Part shown: piece after piece, positions 22,608 to 35,400 of the stretch
Position numbering within the stretch: the first letter of the stretch is position 1
Layout: every line of letters begins with the position of its first letter
Assembly (NCBI RefSeq): GCF_021869535.1
Contig: NW_026262690.1
Coordinates: 73,656,001 to 73,720,000, forward strand
Source of the DNA: Mytilus californianus
Taxonomy: Eukaryota
Reading direction: 5' to 3'
Length of the DNA stretch: 64,000 nucleotides
The notes under the pieces: generated by a model
The model's database searches: none
Told to the model about the DNA's origin: nothing
Seen by the model: only the letters and a program-made list of their open reading frames with translations
Made by a program: the position numbers and the translations under genes

Positions 22608-25600
22608 CTGTAAAAAGAAAACATTATGATTACGAAAAATACGAGGCAAGACATTTTTACAAACAAATTAGGAAAAAAAATGAAAAAACAGTTTTAACAT
22701 TTCATTTAAAAAATAAGCCCATTTTAATCATGTGCATTTACTGAAGATATACACATTTGTAGTTTTCTTAGTCTTATACAAAAAGTAGAAATATTTGTTT
22801 TAATTTTAAATGTCGGAACGAATATATATATATATATTTAGTCATATTTTGAATATACTTGGTAATTGTTTAATTATTCAAGGTAATTAATATACATGGG
22901 CGACAATACTTTCTTTGTTAGTAAACAATATTATTTCGTGTTGTCAGATGTCACGAAATACATACTAATCAGGTAAAATATAACGCATGAAATATAGATT
23001 AAAGTTTGCAAGTGTTAATTATCTTAATGGATGGTTGAAATATAAGGTATCAGACTAGGTAAATAATAAACGTTGGGTTTCACAGACTTGGTCATTTCGG
23101 GATTCATTCTTTCCAGTAATAATTCTTAAAAGTACAACTTTGAAGTATACAATGCAAAAATGTTTACTAATGTCGCTCCATCAATACATTCCCCATGTTG
23201 ATGACGTTCTTTGACAGAAAAAATGTCGCCCCCACCAATACGTTAAATTTTGTAAGTGAAGCTATTTGACACTTTTGAAGGTATTTTCGCCATTCTTCTT
23301 TGCATGTTAATTATATATTTTATTGTCTTAATTTTTACTTTCAATATGACATTTTTTCGTCAGACTTGATTTAATCAAATATATTAACCATGTCCTTAAA
23401 CATACTGAGATTGAGTTTTACATATAATTATGAATGGATTACAAATGTATCAATATTGTTAAATCTCTTCAAACCTAATTTACCGCTTACTCCAAGTTCG
23501 AAAACTTTTGTGAGGAAAAATGTTACCAACCAAGTTAAGTGTGACTCATTAAGGTAAAGCTCAAATTAAAATACATATGGACGGGCTTTAAATAATGGGA
23601 GTAGACATTTGCCATGACGCATGTCAGTTTCTCTTTGGCTTACTAGTAGGATTTATGAATCTTGTTGGTATCTTTTCCCTTGTTTTTATTCACATATTTT
23701 CCTTTTGGATTATTACAATGTCTTTGCTGTCTTATGTACATCATTGACCTTCTTTTATTTTTTATGTTTTTTGACACTACATAAGTTTTACAGTTAGTTG
23801 ACTGATACCATATGTCAGTGTCTCAACTCAATAGCGATATGTTTTCTAGTCTGAGACCTTTAGATACCCATAAAGTCGTCTGAACTGTAACTTGATCGAT
23901 TGTGTCCTATGTCAAATTGTGACAGTTTGAATAGGTGTTAATTCGCATGTCGGGTGATGCATGCATAACAGAAGACGTTTACCTTGTCGACACACCCGGT
24001 CGCACCCCTTTTGTAGTTCATGCGATTCCCTCAGTTTTTGTTAGTAACTTCGATTTATTATCTACTGGCAATGCTTTCAATGCCCAATCATTCTTGGCAA
24101 TGTATTTATTATTTTTAGAAACAATTACCAACAATGATGAAGTAGCATTTTAAGATTTGCGGGGTTGTATATAACATTCATTTTGTAACACGTCTGTTTT
24201 AGCAGTATTAGTGGATGAACAGCAGGAGCCATTTTCTTATTATTTCAAACCTAACTTTACCTTCATTAGTCATACATTGTAGACATACCATTTATTATTA
24301 TGGTAATTGGAAATTTAGGCTCGCTTGCATCTTAAATTCATTTTAGTTACCTTAATCAGCAATTAAGTTATTTATTCCAAAAGATGGACAATCAGCTATA
24401 TATTTGCAATAAAAAAAAAAACATGTATCTAATTTCTGAAATGAACTCATCAAAGACACCGGGCTTACCGATTGGTCACTGTTGGATAGTTGTCTCATTG
24501 GCAATCACATTATGTTTCTTTGCTTTTATTTCTACTATAATTGTGTACGCCAGACTCATCAGAATCAAAACAGTTTGAAGCCGAAATCATTACAAAGTTG
24601 GTAGATGGTTTTGACTTTAAAAGATTTAATTACTTACGTCATCCAAGAAACCTTTGAAATATCCATATCTTTCGCAGTGTCCAAACATCATTTCTGCTGA
24701 TCGTATTTCGACATTTCCTGTGTAATAAGAGAATTATTTTAAGTTAAAAAACGTGTACGCTATGCATAAACAACATGTATTTCATAAATGTCCTTAAGAT
24801 AGGACCTCAATGAAAAAGAATGGAAAATATAAAAAAAAAAAATTAAAAAGAAAACATAAGATGTAGCAGCACAAACATCGCAGTTACAAAATAAACGGAG
24901 AAGAACACATGTAACCAAATATGGTCAAGATAATAAAACTTGTTTTCACAGATCCTTTATTGCCAATTTTTAGATGTAACTACAGGTATGAAAACGACCT
25001 GTTGTATCCTTTGTTTAAAATTGACATGGACAGATGCTAAAACCTTGAATTGAATTGAAGTGAAAAGATATCTCCGGTTAAGTGAAGCGTGCAGTTCAAG
25101 GTTGATGCCCACTTCTTTCCATTATTCACGAAGTCAGACTCTTACGAAAACAGAAGAAAATTGCCACGAAGAGAAATACGGTTTCTTCCTCATTGGAATG
25201 TTGACTTGAAAATATTTTGTTAATTACAATTAAAGAAACTTGATAATGTCAGTTGCAAAGACGTTTTGATAGTGTTATATTATGGCCTACACAAAAAATT
25301 TTATAAGCGTTGGGCATTTGATACCCGCAAATAAAGTTGGACCAATTCTTTAAATCTGAATTCAGTTTAGAATCGGGAATGCTTGTGTTAACAGTGAATA
25401 TGTCACATGTCTTATACTATTGAATAACAGATTTAGAGGTATACTAATGTTGCCTTTATTTAGCCTAAGTTTGAATCGTTTACTTTATTTATCCTATGTT
25501 TGTTTTTCGGTCATCTTTCCAAATTTCTTTCGACACATTATTGAGACAATAATTTTTTTTTGTGATAATCTTTATTTGTGTTTATTCTGTCCCCAATATA

Positions 25601-28600
25601 TAATTGTTTTGTTTTCAACTTAAAGGGCTTATTGAAGTAGGATAAAACATATAGCTGATACATTTTGTAAATCATCATGTTTTGTTATTTTTGAATACAT
25701 ATCGGTTCATTTAATTACAGTTTGTAGTAGAACTAAAATGTTTAAATTATTGTATTTTCTTATGCTATTTTAGACTTGAAATTCCAAACATGCATAAGCA
25801 TTAGGCGTTACACAAACCTGTATTTTCTGCACGGTTCACACCTTTGATGTATGGAATGTACATAAAACACCAATTTTACAGTGAAGCTATGATTTCTGTA
25901 TAATCTAATTACAAACTTTTAGCATGCTCTCAGTAACTTCGAATATTCTTACATGTTTTGTCGCATTGTTTTAACTGTACCTAAATTAGTCGTTCATTAT
26001 ACCAATACGATGTAGTTAAGTGCTTTTATTTGGTAACATTCTCTGAACCTTGAAAACTTGGATACTTGTCTATTATTAAAGACCGAGAGTTAACATCTGG
26101 ATGTCTTATTTTGATTAAGATTTGTTGCATGGCTGCTTCGATTAAAGATATACACAAAACTACCTTTAACAGATTCTCTTTTTTCTAAACCATTCACTTT
26201 TCCTGTCAAATGTTCTCCGTCATACGAATATATAACATCATTCCATTCCATTGGCTGCAAAATATACAAATAATTGTACCGCATCAAAGTTGTTCCATTC
26301 AAAGGCGACATAAAGTGCATTCGACAGTTTATCAATTCACCAAATAAAAGGAAGAGGCATGCTAAAAACAATAATTTAGCCCTTAATTGTAAAGTATAGG
26401 ATAATTGTCAGTCTCTTAAAATTTTGTTGAACTTTAATGCGAAAGTACAGTTGTATTATCACTGTGACGACATTAACATAAACATTAAAATGACATATTT
26501 GTCCAGAAATGTATTGACTAAATACTAGACAGCATTACCTTGATATAGGTTTTGTTGAAGTTACGATTCATAGAGGCAAATAATGATTAACAAATAAGAA
26601 TACAATACAAACAGATCTTATATATACAATATGTGTATCGAGATTTACAAATTCTAAACAATTTCGGATTTTAAAAATAAAATATAATATAATAATTGAA
26701 AGCATGATCAGGGTGTTTTGATGAAATCACGGTCATGATGAGTTAAGTAAGGACAAAGAGTCAATAAGCAACAAGTTACACGTCTTGTCTTGTTTCTTGA
26801 ATTTAACGATTCATAAAATCAAAAAAATAAATAAAACAAAACAAGACTTAATTATTACTCCAGACAAAGATAATAATGTATGAAATCGGAGTCTAGTGTA
26901 GACGAAAGAGGTTACGAAGTACTGCGTTGTAACTTCTTAGAAAATGTATTTTTTTAAATTAGGTATATCTTTAACAAACGCATGTAGTTGTCATAAACAA
27001 AAAGTCTATTTCGCTGTCTCAACTATTAGAACATGCTAGAGAACCTGTTACGCATAGGAAATAGAACATATACTCAACTTCAAATTCGTACACATCACTG
27101 GCAAGCACAGAATATTTTTAAATATTAAGTAATGGAACAAAGGGATAAGAAATGTCACTAAATGTCATTGGGTGTGGGTGACGGCAGTTTGCATTAAAAT
27201 GTGGTTAACTGTATAATGGTTTATAGGAAGACAAAAAAAAACCTAAACACAACATATTAAGCAGAACATTTTTCAAGAACATTTGTTTTTCAAGGGTTTA
27301 TGTTGGTAAATGTTGTTTACACTCATTAACGTGTTATTATTGTTCAACATTGCAATCATATCACATTATAGTTCAGCAACTCATTTCACAAAAACTTTTA
27401 CGAGAAAAAAAGCCACTGAACTATTGTAATCATTTACACGTCGGAAACCATTATAGACGTGATTAAAACCTGCAAAATTTGCCCTCAACTATAAGTTAAC
27501 TTTTATTCTTCCATTTATGGGTAGTTTTGCAGACAATTGAATCTCTTGGCTCCATCAAAATCGTTTTGTTTACACAGATTACCCTGATTGAAAATTGTAT
27601 TTTTTCTGCCAAAAACATGAATTTTGTTGTGCAAAAACCGTATTGTTTGAACATTAAATAACATACGGCGTTTTCATTATTATCAAAAATTTTCGATTGC
27701 ATACTGTAATTAACATTTTCGTTTGGAACAACTGACACAATAATCATACTTTTTCATATTTGTTATACTGAGAGCCATATTCTAACAAATGTTTCAAATG
27801 CCTTTGCTTCGTGTTTGTTTTATTCAGCTTAGCCAGTTTAGCCAGAATAAAATTGAATCCTATATAGTTCAAGAAGACATATTTTGAAACAAACTACTTA
27901 TGTATCGGATTATCATATTAAAGTATCTACGACTTACATTTATTTTGAAAGTCAGGAATTTTATTTCAGATTTTGTTGTTTTAACAAAGAATGTCAAGAC
28001 ATCTGAAAAGCTGTTTAAGATAACGCCAAAAGAAGGCTCTTCTTGTCCTGTTCCACAATTTGTGATAAGAGGATGAGGCTTTCTTCTTGACTTAGCCTCT
28101 GATTTGAACCTGAATTTTAAAGTTACGGCATGCTGGAAGTCAAAGTTTGTATATCTCCAGATAATGATTCTGCTAGCACCATTGAAATAGGCCAAGTCAC
28201 TGAGCGATACAACACCTTCCACGCCACATGGTATTTCATTTGATGATAGGTCCACGATGGCTCCTTTGTTAAAATCCATGAAAACTTCCGGTTTACAACC
28301 TTAAGAAAGAAAAACTAATATTAGTGGAGGATCTCACATAAAGATTATAGTAAAAATTATTTGATAATGTCTCTGCTCACCGTAAAAAGATGTGTCTTGG
28401 TTAGTCAGATGATCTATGAGACTATGTAACAAACAGGTTTTTGGTCTTTGGTGGATGGTTGCCTCATTGTGCCTTTATACCACATCCCTTTACTTCTATA
28501 TAAGCATACATGTAATATCATGTGTTGAAGGGAAAACGCAAGTGTCATTCTTCCAGTTAAGAATTATATGTATGAATGATTGTAAATAGGACAAATCTCA

Positions 28601-30033
28601 ATTACTTTGTTTTACGATGAAAATGCTGTAAAGTACACAACCGCTAAAAGTATTAATCATACTTCATTAAGCTTATAATTTGGTGACTTTGTTAACTGTA
28701 TTATAGGATTAATTTCTACACTAACCTTCAGGTTGGTATCCAATATTAATTGAGCATTCACATGTATCTTGGTCATATGCTGTTCCAAGGGCACACCTCC
28801 GTTTAATCCATCCATTATCCTTTATTTTCTCCATAAAAAACTTTTTATTGAGAGAATATGGTTTATACGGACATTTGTTTTTTCTATTGAATAATGAATC
28901 CTTTAAATAAGACTTGTCTTTACTGATTAATCCAAGTGCTATATTTAAAAGCGTATTTTCTCGCTTTAAAATATTTGTTAATTGCTCTATCGATGGCTGC
29001 TTGTGTTTGATAATCTGTTTTCTTAATTTTTTCTTTTGTTTTAACTTATTCCTTCTATTCTGTAGAATGAAAGAACCACCGTTTAAGTTCTGTCGGTTCC
29101 AAGGCTGCTTGAAAACATCAGATAATAAAATTGAGGATCCTGCTACATTAAAACCGTCTTTAAAGTCATTGGATAACGAATTAGATTGTGTTTTCATGTC
29201 GCGCCACACTTTTTGAGGTAGGAATTCATGAACAACTCTCCCATTTAAACCTAAATCGGATGAGCTGGGTTTTAATTGTGTCTTATACACCATTGTATCT
29301 TTATTAATTGAAGACTTCACTGGTGGTGGAGCTTCAGATGTTGGTATATTTTCAATGATCTCTGTTACTGGAAATGGAGACACTGTCATTTTTGTTATGT
29401 TTGCCTGAACTTGTGTTGGCTTCACTATCTCAGCATTTCTCATACTAAACACAGCTTTAGCAGGCTTTGTTGCAGAGAGCGAGGCAAATTTCATTTTTTC
29501 TGTTGTGGCTGTAGTACTTGGGTGATTGTCACGTGGCATTAGTGACGATGGTATGGAAGAATCTCTTAGTAAGGTATCGGGTAACAATGAACCGATATCC
29601 ATAGGATGGTCTTTGAATAAATCTAATGAATTAAGATCTGGAAGTGCATCTGAAAAAAGCAAGCTTGAATAATAGAATTAAAACAAATCACATCTTTGCG
29701 CAAAGCATTATACAAAGTAAGCCAATGCCCTTGTAATAACGCTTTTTAAAGAATTCAATTTAAAGAATGGTTCAATTTTTGGGATGCAAGACGTCGAAAA
29801 GTAATCGTGATAAGTAATATGTTTCTTCTGAAAAATATTATAAAATTCGAGTTCAGAAGCTAGTTGTTGTCAATTTGCTGTAAAATATAAACCAAACGCC
29901 TTATGAGTAAGAAAAAGATAAGGGTGAAATGCGAGTAGTTAAGAAAAAAAAGAGAATATAACTTACCTTTTTGAGCATTGCAGATAACTATAAATAAGAA
30001 AATCAAACACGTTGAAATCGACAAAATCTCCAT
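22572..30033 (-). CDS. Secreted Pif/BMSP-related (LamG3-type) matrix protein, 519 aa. Exons: 30033-29967, 29649-28726, 28299-27938, 26254-26164, 24717-24638, 22607-22572
   Basis: Signal peptide MEILSISTCLIFLFIVICNA. Phases 1,1,0,1,0 give 1560 nt. Pif-type chitin-binding-like motif CPYKPY...RRCALGTAYDQDTCEC, then a LamG-like fold (CKPEVFMDF...AYFNGAS...LKFRFK...WNDVIYSYDG...FKGFLDDVKIYNC). Confidence 0.85.
24638..24717 (-). CDS. Pif-like gene, LamG exon 3 (GNVEIRSAEMMFG...FKGFLDD)
   Basis: tacacag| acceptor and |gtaagt donor; not in the supplied ORF track. Confidence 0.82.
26164..26254 (-). CDS. Pif-like gene, LamG exon 2 (PMEWNDVIYSYDG...)
   Basis: ttttgcag| acceptor and G|gtagtt donor. Confidence 0.82.
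27938..28299 (-). CDS. Pif-like gene, LamG exon 1
   Basis: ttcttaag| acceptor, GCKPEVFMDFNKG...KIN, |gtaagt donor. Confidence 0.85.
28726..29649 (-). CDS. Pif-like gene, large exon (S/T/P-rich, K-rich, chitin-binding-like motif)
   Basis: ttttttcag| acceptor, 924 nt open frame, G|gttagt donor. Confidence 0.85.
29967..30033 (-). CDS. Pif-like gene, signal-peptide exon
   Basis: acacag|GGATG acceptor, hydrophobic 22-codon leader, G|gtaagt donor. Confidence 0.8.
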
Positions 30034-31059
30034 CCCTGTGTTAAATTAAAAGTAAGTATTCACGGACATGCATTCTTCTAGAAATTCAAATTAGCAAATG
30101 CAAATACGTAATTAGACTAAAAGTTTAATTACACTTCGTGATGTTCGGTCTAGTCAAATTAATTTCATGACCCACAACGTCATTTAATTTTACCATCTAC
30201 ACACATGCCGAAAAAATAATTAATCATTGATGCTAATTAGGGTTTTAATTTCTTTACGTTTACATGTCAAATTTTATTTAGAATTGAAATTTACATATTT
30301 TGGTTAATAAAATATGCTGGTATAATAACAAGGAACAAAATCATTTATAAAAAGAAAATTCCAAATATACTCACAATTCTTACAATGATATAAGGTTTAG
30401 CATTAAATTTGTTATTTGATGAAATAAGAAAGAGGGAGGTAATCATAAGCCTAAGAAGAAAAACAAACATTATGGTCAAAAGACAAACAAAATACTTCAA
30501 AAGAATATATAGATTAAGCAATGTCAGTTCATTAACGAAAAAGGGATAAGCCCATGTGTTTCCAAAAAATACAAAATATTAGATTAAAAGTCATACGAGA
30601 CGGTTTTCCCCTAATTACAATGTTAAGGAAATTATTTAACCAATGCATGCATTTAACTTAACTAAGTGTTCTATGCACGTTTTTTTAGTTTCTATTTGTT
30701 AATAAAACTGCCATGATATGATTTGGCGTATAGCAAATGCCCGAATGTTTTTTTAAGAATAAATAAAATTGCGCAATCAAATGCAGAATCGTATGAAAAT
30801 GGCTATACGCTCAAGGAATAACACTAAAAAGAGTAGATATACAAACAAGAAAACGATATGCATACATGGACAGACGGATGATGAAAAATATACATAGATG
30901 TACAAATGACGGAAGTAAAGACAAGTAGGCTACAATAGTGAGTAAAACTCAAGAAAAAGGTTGCGGGCATTGACCATAAATACAACAATAAAGTTATATA
31001 CCATTTACAGACACTAACTAAGTTTTTGTTGAACAGTTTGGTTGCTGTCATCTACTTAC

Positions 31060-31140
31060 CGGTCACAGTTGTAACAATAAACAAAGATTCCAAATACTGG
31101 TGAAGTGCTTGTATGCACTCATTTTAATGTTAGGAATCTC
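31060..31140 (-). other. Probable 5' non-coding exon of the Pif-like gene
   Basis: Strong donor CCG|gtaagt at 31060 and an acceptor just before the ATG at 30033; the 5' boundary is uncertain. Confidence 0.4.
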
Positions 31141-32421
31141 CGTGATGTTTTGCTTAATAAAAAAAAGGTTAATTTTTAATTGAGTACATTATAATCAATA
31201 TTGTTCACCGCCATCTTTATTTAGACATTTTGTTGTTTAGCTAGCTATATAACCACGGTTAACCTACAATTTCCCCCCCGGAAAATGCCAGTACCAAGTC
31301 AAGAATATAACAGTTGTTTTTCTCTCGTTCTGTTGGTTGATAACATATGATTTTGCCAGTTTTTATAGACTTCCCCTTTCTTAATTTACCTCGGTATTTT
31401 TGTTATACTTTTTTCGCATTAAAGATTTTGAGCGTCCCAATGAAGACTGTTATTCTGTCACGCTAAACGAATAAGTGTGTTAATTATATGCGCTTTGACT
31501 CTGTGAAACAATCATGAATATTGTCAGGCATATGACAAGAGGGTCAATGAGGTTGAACTGTTAAAAGGAATTACAAAGTATAACCTGACAAACACGTGCC
31601 ATTACAAACCTCTGTATAATTTCTTTAAAAGACAAATCTCTTCAATCTAATTAAAAAGTATCGATGAGCACGCGAGTTGCGATAGATCTAAATTTTAATC
31701 AGATTGACAATCTCTTGAAATTGGCATAGTCTGACTCATATAATATTCATTGTACTTTAGTTAAGTCCTGCATTCAGATTTTTAATTTCGTTTCGATAAA
31801 ATGGACACCGAGGATAATCTATGCACTTTAAAAACCAAATGTTTTCCTTTAAATTGTAAGATTACTAGTTCTTGCAAAATTTAAAGGGCTTATTTCTGAG
31901 TACAAATTGTTGATGATTGTTTATGTATATATCGTATTGGAGGTGAAAGTAAAAGGGTTCAAGATGCAAAGCTATTTGAGAGTTTCTACTAAATTTAATA
32001 AAAATGAAATTGAAATATGTACAATCAATACAATAATCATTTATATTTTATAACATTCAAATTACAATGAACGACGTGGGCGAATTTCTTAATTGTTCAG
32101 TCTGTTAATGAGAAATTAATATGAATATACATGAATCAACAACATCAAATAGTTTTCGAAAAAAAAAACCATATGAACATATAATTCATTATTCATTATT
32201 CCGATCAAGCTTGAACTTCGTCTGGATAACCAAGATGGGTTTGATGTGAATGTTTAATGAACAACACATTTTGTTTACAAGCAAATCTATTTGATGGAAC
32301 ACGTAAATCTTTTTGATGGAACACTTAAAATAATCCTCTAAATGTTCCGATATGAACTATGAGGCTATATCCACAGGATAGTCTGAATGGTTGTAGGAAA
32401 CTGTATCCACAGACTAAATTT

Positions 32422-35400
32422 TCATTTGAAACCTGTAAAATAACTAAGTTATTTATAATATTTAGAAAACCATTTAACTATTTCAGAACAGACAATCATT
32501 TCGTTCTTTTTCATTTTTTCACATCATTTTCACGATAACATGCGTTACAAAACATATTTGAATTTATCACACAAACAAATTAACGATGCATTGATGGTGT
32601 TCTGAAATTTGTAACCTTTTCAGTTTTGGCAGATGAATCCACACGGTCCTTCAAAAGCAATTTATACGTTTTGAAGTAATTCAAGACTTTCTGGTGTGGA
32701 TCTGTATAAGAGATATTGTATTTCAACGTGCGCTCGCTGTAGTTTGTGTTTCGGGAATAGCTATCATCTTGTACGTTCGAGACGAAAAGCCAGAGAAAAC
32801 AAAACCAGAACACCTAAGCCTTTAAAGGTCAAGTCATCCTGGCTGAGTAGGAATCTAAGCTGGTTAACAAATATGAACTTGAAAATAGAGACAAAGTAGA
32901 GGCGAAAGATACGAAAGAGACAACCCCGCCGCATTTTGTGCGCCTGTCCCAAGTCAGGAGCCTCTGGCCTTTGTCAGTCTTGTATCATTTTTAATTTTAG
33001 TTTCTTGTGTATAATTTGGAGTTTAGTATGGCGTCCATTATCACTGAACTAGTATACATATTTGTTAAGGGGCCAGCTGAAGGACGCCTCCGGGTGCGGG
33101 AGTTTCTCGCTGCATTGAAGACCCATTGGTGGCCTTCGGCTGTTGTCTGCTCTATGGTCGATTGTGGTCTCTTTGACACATTCCCCATTTCCATTCTCAA
33201 CTTTATTCAAACTCAAAAGTCGAAAATAAACTTGACAACACCATGGCACAATAAAAAAAGACCAAAAGACAAACAACAGTACACAAAAAACAACATAGAA
33301 ATCTAAAGACTGAGCAACACGAACCTTGCCCTAAACCGGGGTGGATCTCAAGAGCTCCGGAAGGGTGAGCAGATCCTGCTCCACACAAACTATATTCAAA
33401 CGTGGCCTCGCAGTACTTTTTTTAGACAATAGATGTGATATGGTTTCTGTTCACGTAACACATGTTTCTGAAATAGCTTTCATATGGTATGTTTGAGATC
33501 AAAACCCAGAAACCACAAAACCAAATACGACCAAAACCAAAACTGCTCAGCTGTTTAAGATAAAGTCCTCCGTGTGGAGTAGGAATCTAAGATTTAAAAC
33601 AATCACCTGCTTTTAAGAACTTGAAACTACAGATAAAATGTATCATTCGATTCATACCAACACAGACGAACAGTCTATTGGGCGGTAGCACTGGTAGGTA
33701 ACCTCGGGTACTGATAATTAACAAGCAGTGTTACTGATATAATTACGTGTTTCTGTAGTGACTTTCATCCGACACGAATGGCCCTGCTCGCAAAAAACGG
33801 TTGAAGCCAGTTTTAGGAGTGGAAATGTGAGAATGAAAGTCCGTATTTATAACTGTTATTTTAACTAAAGTCCAAAGCCCGTAATTTCGGCAAAAATCAG
33901 CGGAGCGGAACCAAACATTAACTCGAACTCATCATAGTAGACTCACATACTAAAAATCAGCTCAATATATGAAGACATTTAGAAAAAAGTCCGTATAACT
34001 GTTATTGAAACCAAAATTTTGAAAGCCCAAAACCAATTATTTCGGCAAAAACCAGCGGAGAGGAACCAAACGTAATCTTGATCTGCAACTCATCATAGTA
34101 GACTCACATACTAAAATTCAGCTCAATATGTGAAGGCGTTTAGAAAATAAAGTTCGTATAACTGTTCGTTGCGGAATGACGGAATGACGGACAAGGGTAA
34201 AACTATATGGCCCTGACCACTTTGTGTCGATGCCATAAAAATAAGTTTTTCTTATAACAAAACATTATCTATTATTTTCAATATTTTTTTTTAAATTCAA
34301 ACCAAAACTTTTCATATACAAATACCTGAGATATTTCTTCTTGAACCTGTGATTACTGTTTCCTTGCTTCCTATTTGCAAAAATCTAGAAAAAAAGGTTT
34401 TATCAAAAATTTTAATCACACTTTTTGTATTTTATTGGTCTGTGGATTTTTCTGAACATGTTTGCTTATTTAAGTTATCTTTATTTGTTTGCTATTCTGG
34501 AAGTGTAGCGTTTAACATATTGTATAGACGCCTGCCTAGCTTATAATACTGCACGTTGATCTCTTGTTGATGATTTTTAATTATTTTCGTACACCAACAT
34601 TTCTTTTTACGCACATTGGTAAAGTCCGCATTAGTCACATTCTTGGTGTTGAAGTTTTAAGTTGCATGTTAGATGATGGTTGATCTTTAAGCTAAAACTC
34701 TCCACCTGTTACTATCTTATTTGTATTGACATATTGCAGTATGTCGTCGATTTGCCTAACAAAATAATAATTCAGACTTCGACCTTAATCAGAGATAGAG
34801 AAAAGATAAAATGTTGATGTGCTCCAACTTGATCAAGTAGTTCTTTATATACATTATGAATAGTAAGTATGGCTACAAGAAAGTCCTGGGTATACGTACA
34901 TGAGACCATATCCCACTGACACAAAAAAAGGTAAAAACATCTGTTTGGGTATAAATCATGAACTGTATTTCACATACAGTAAATATTCTTTGCTTTTGAT
35001 GTACATAAATCAACACTCGTATTCATCTTACACACACAACTTGAGCTACTTTTAATTTCGTCTATATCGGTACACTTTGCACAAACACTTCATGTATGTA
35101 GCCTCCTGTTATAAGTACTGTTTCCCTCGATTTTAAGAAACAAAACCATATTGAGGTAGAGCCAAATTTCCACTGTCTATGTTTCATTAACAGGATCTTA
35201 ATTTGTTTTTTGAATTTTGGATAAATACTAGTACCAAATTTGCAAAAATCTGTGAAAATTTCTACTTTTTGCTAAACATCGGTATTTATAATTTAGTAAT
35301 CTGTTTAGAATTAAGCCATACTATTATTAGAAACTTAAAGTTCATACATTGGGATGTGATATAATGAATTAATGTAAAGATTGAAAGAATTTTTCAAAAT

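Noticed and set aside
32764-33388. Cluster of overlapping 60-100 aa ORFs
   Set aside because: They lie within nested retroelement trailers and have no splice or domain support
32780-33630. Weak direct repeat sharing gagtaggaatctaag around the nested trailers
   Set aside because: Too degenerate to call an LTR pair or TSD
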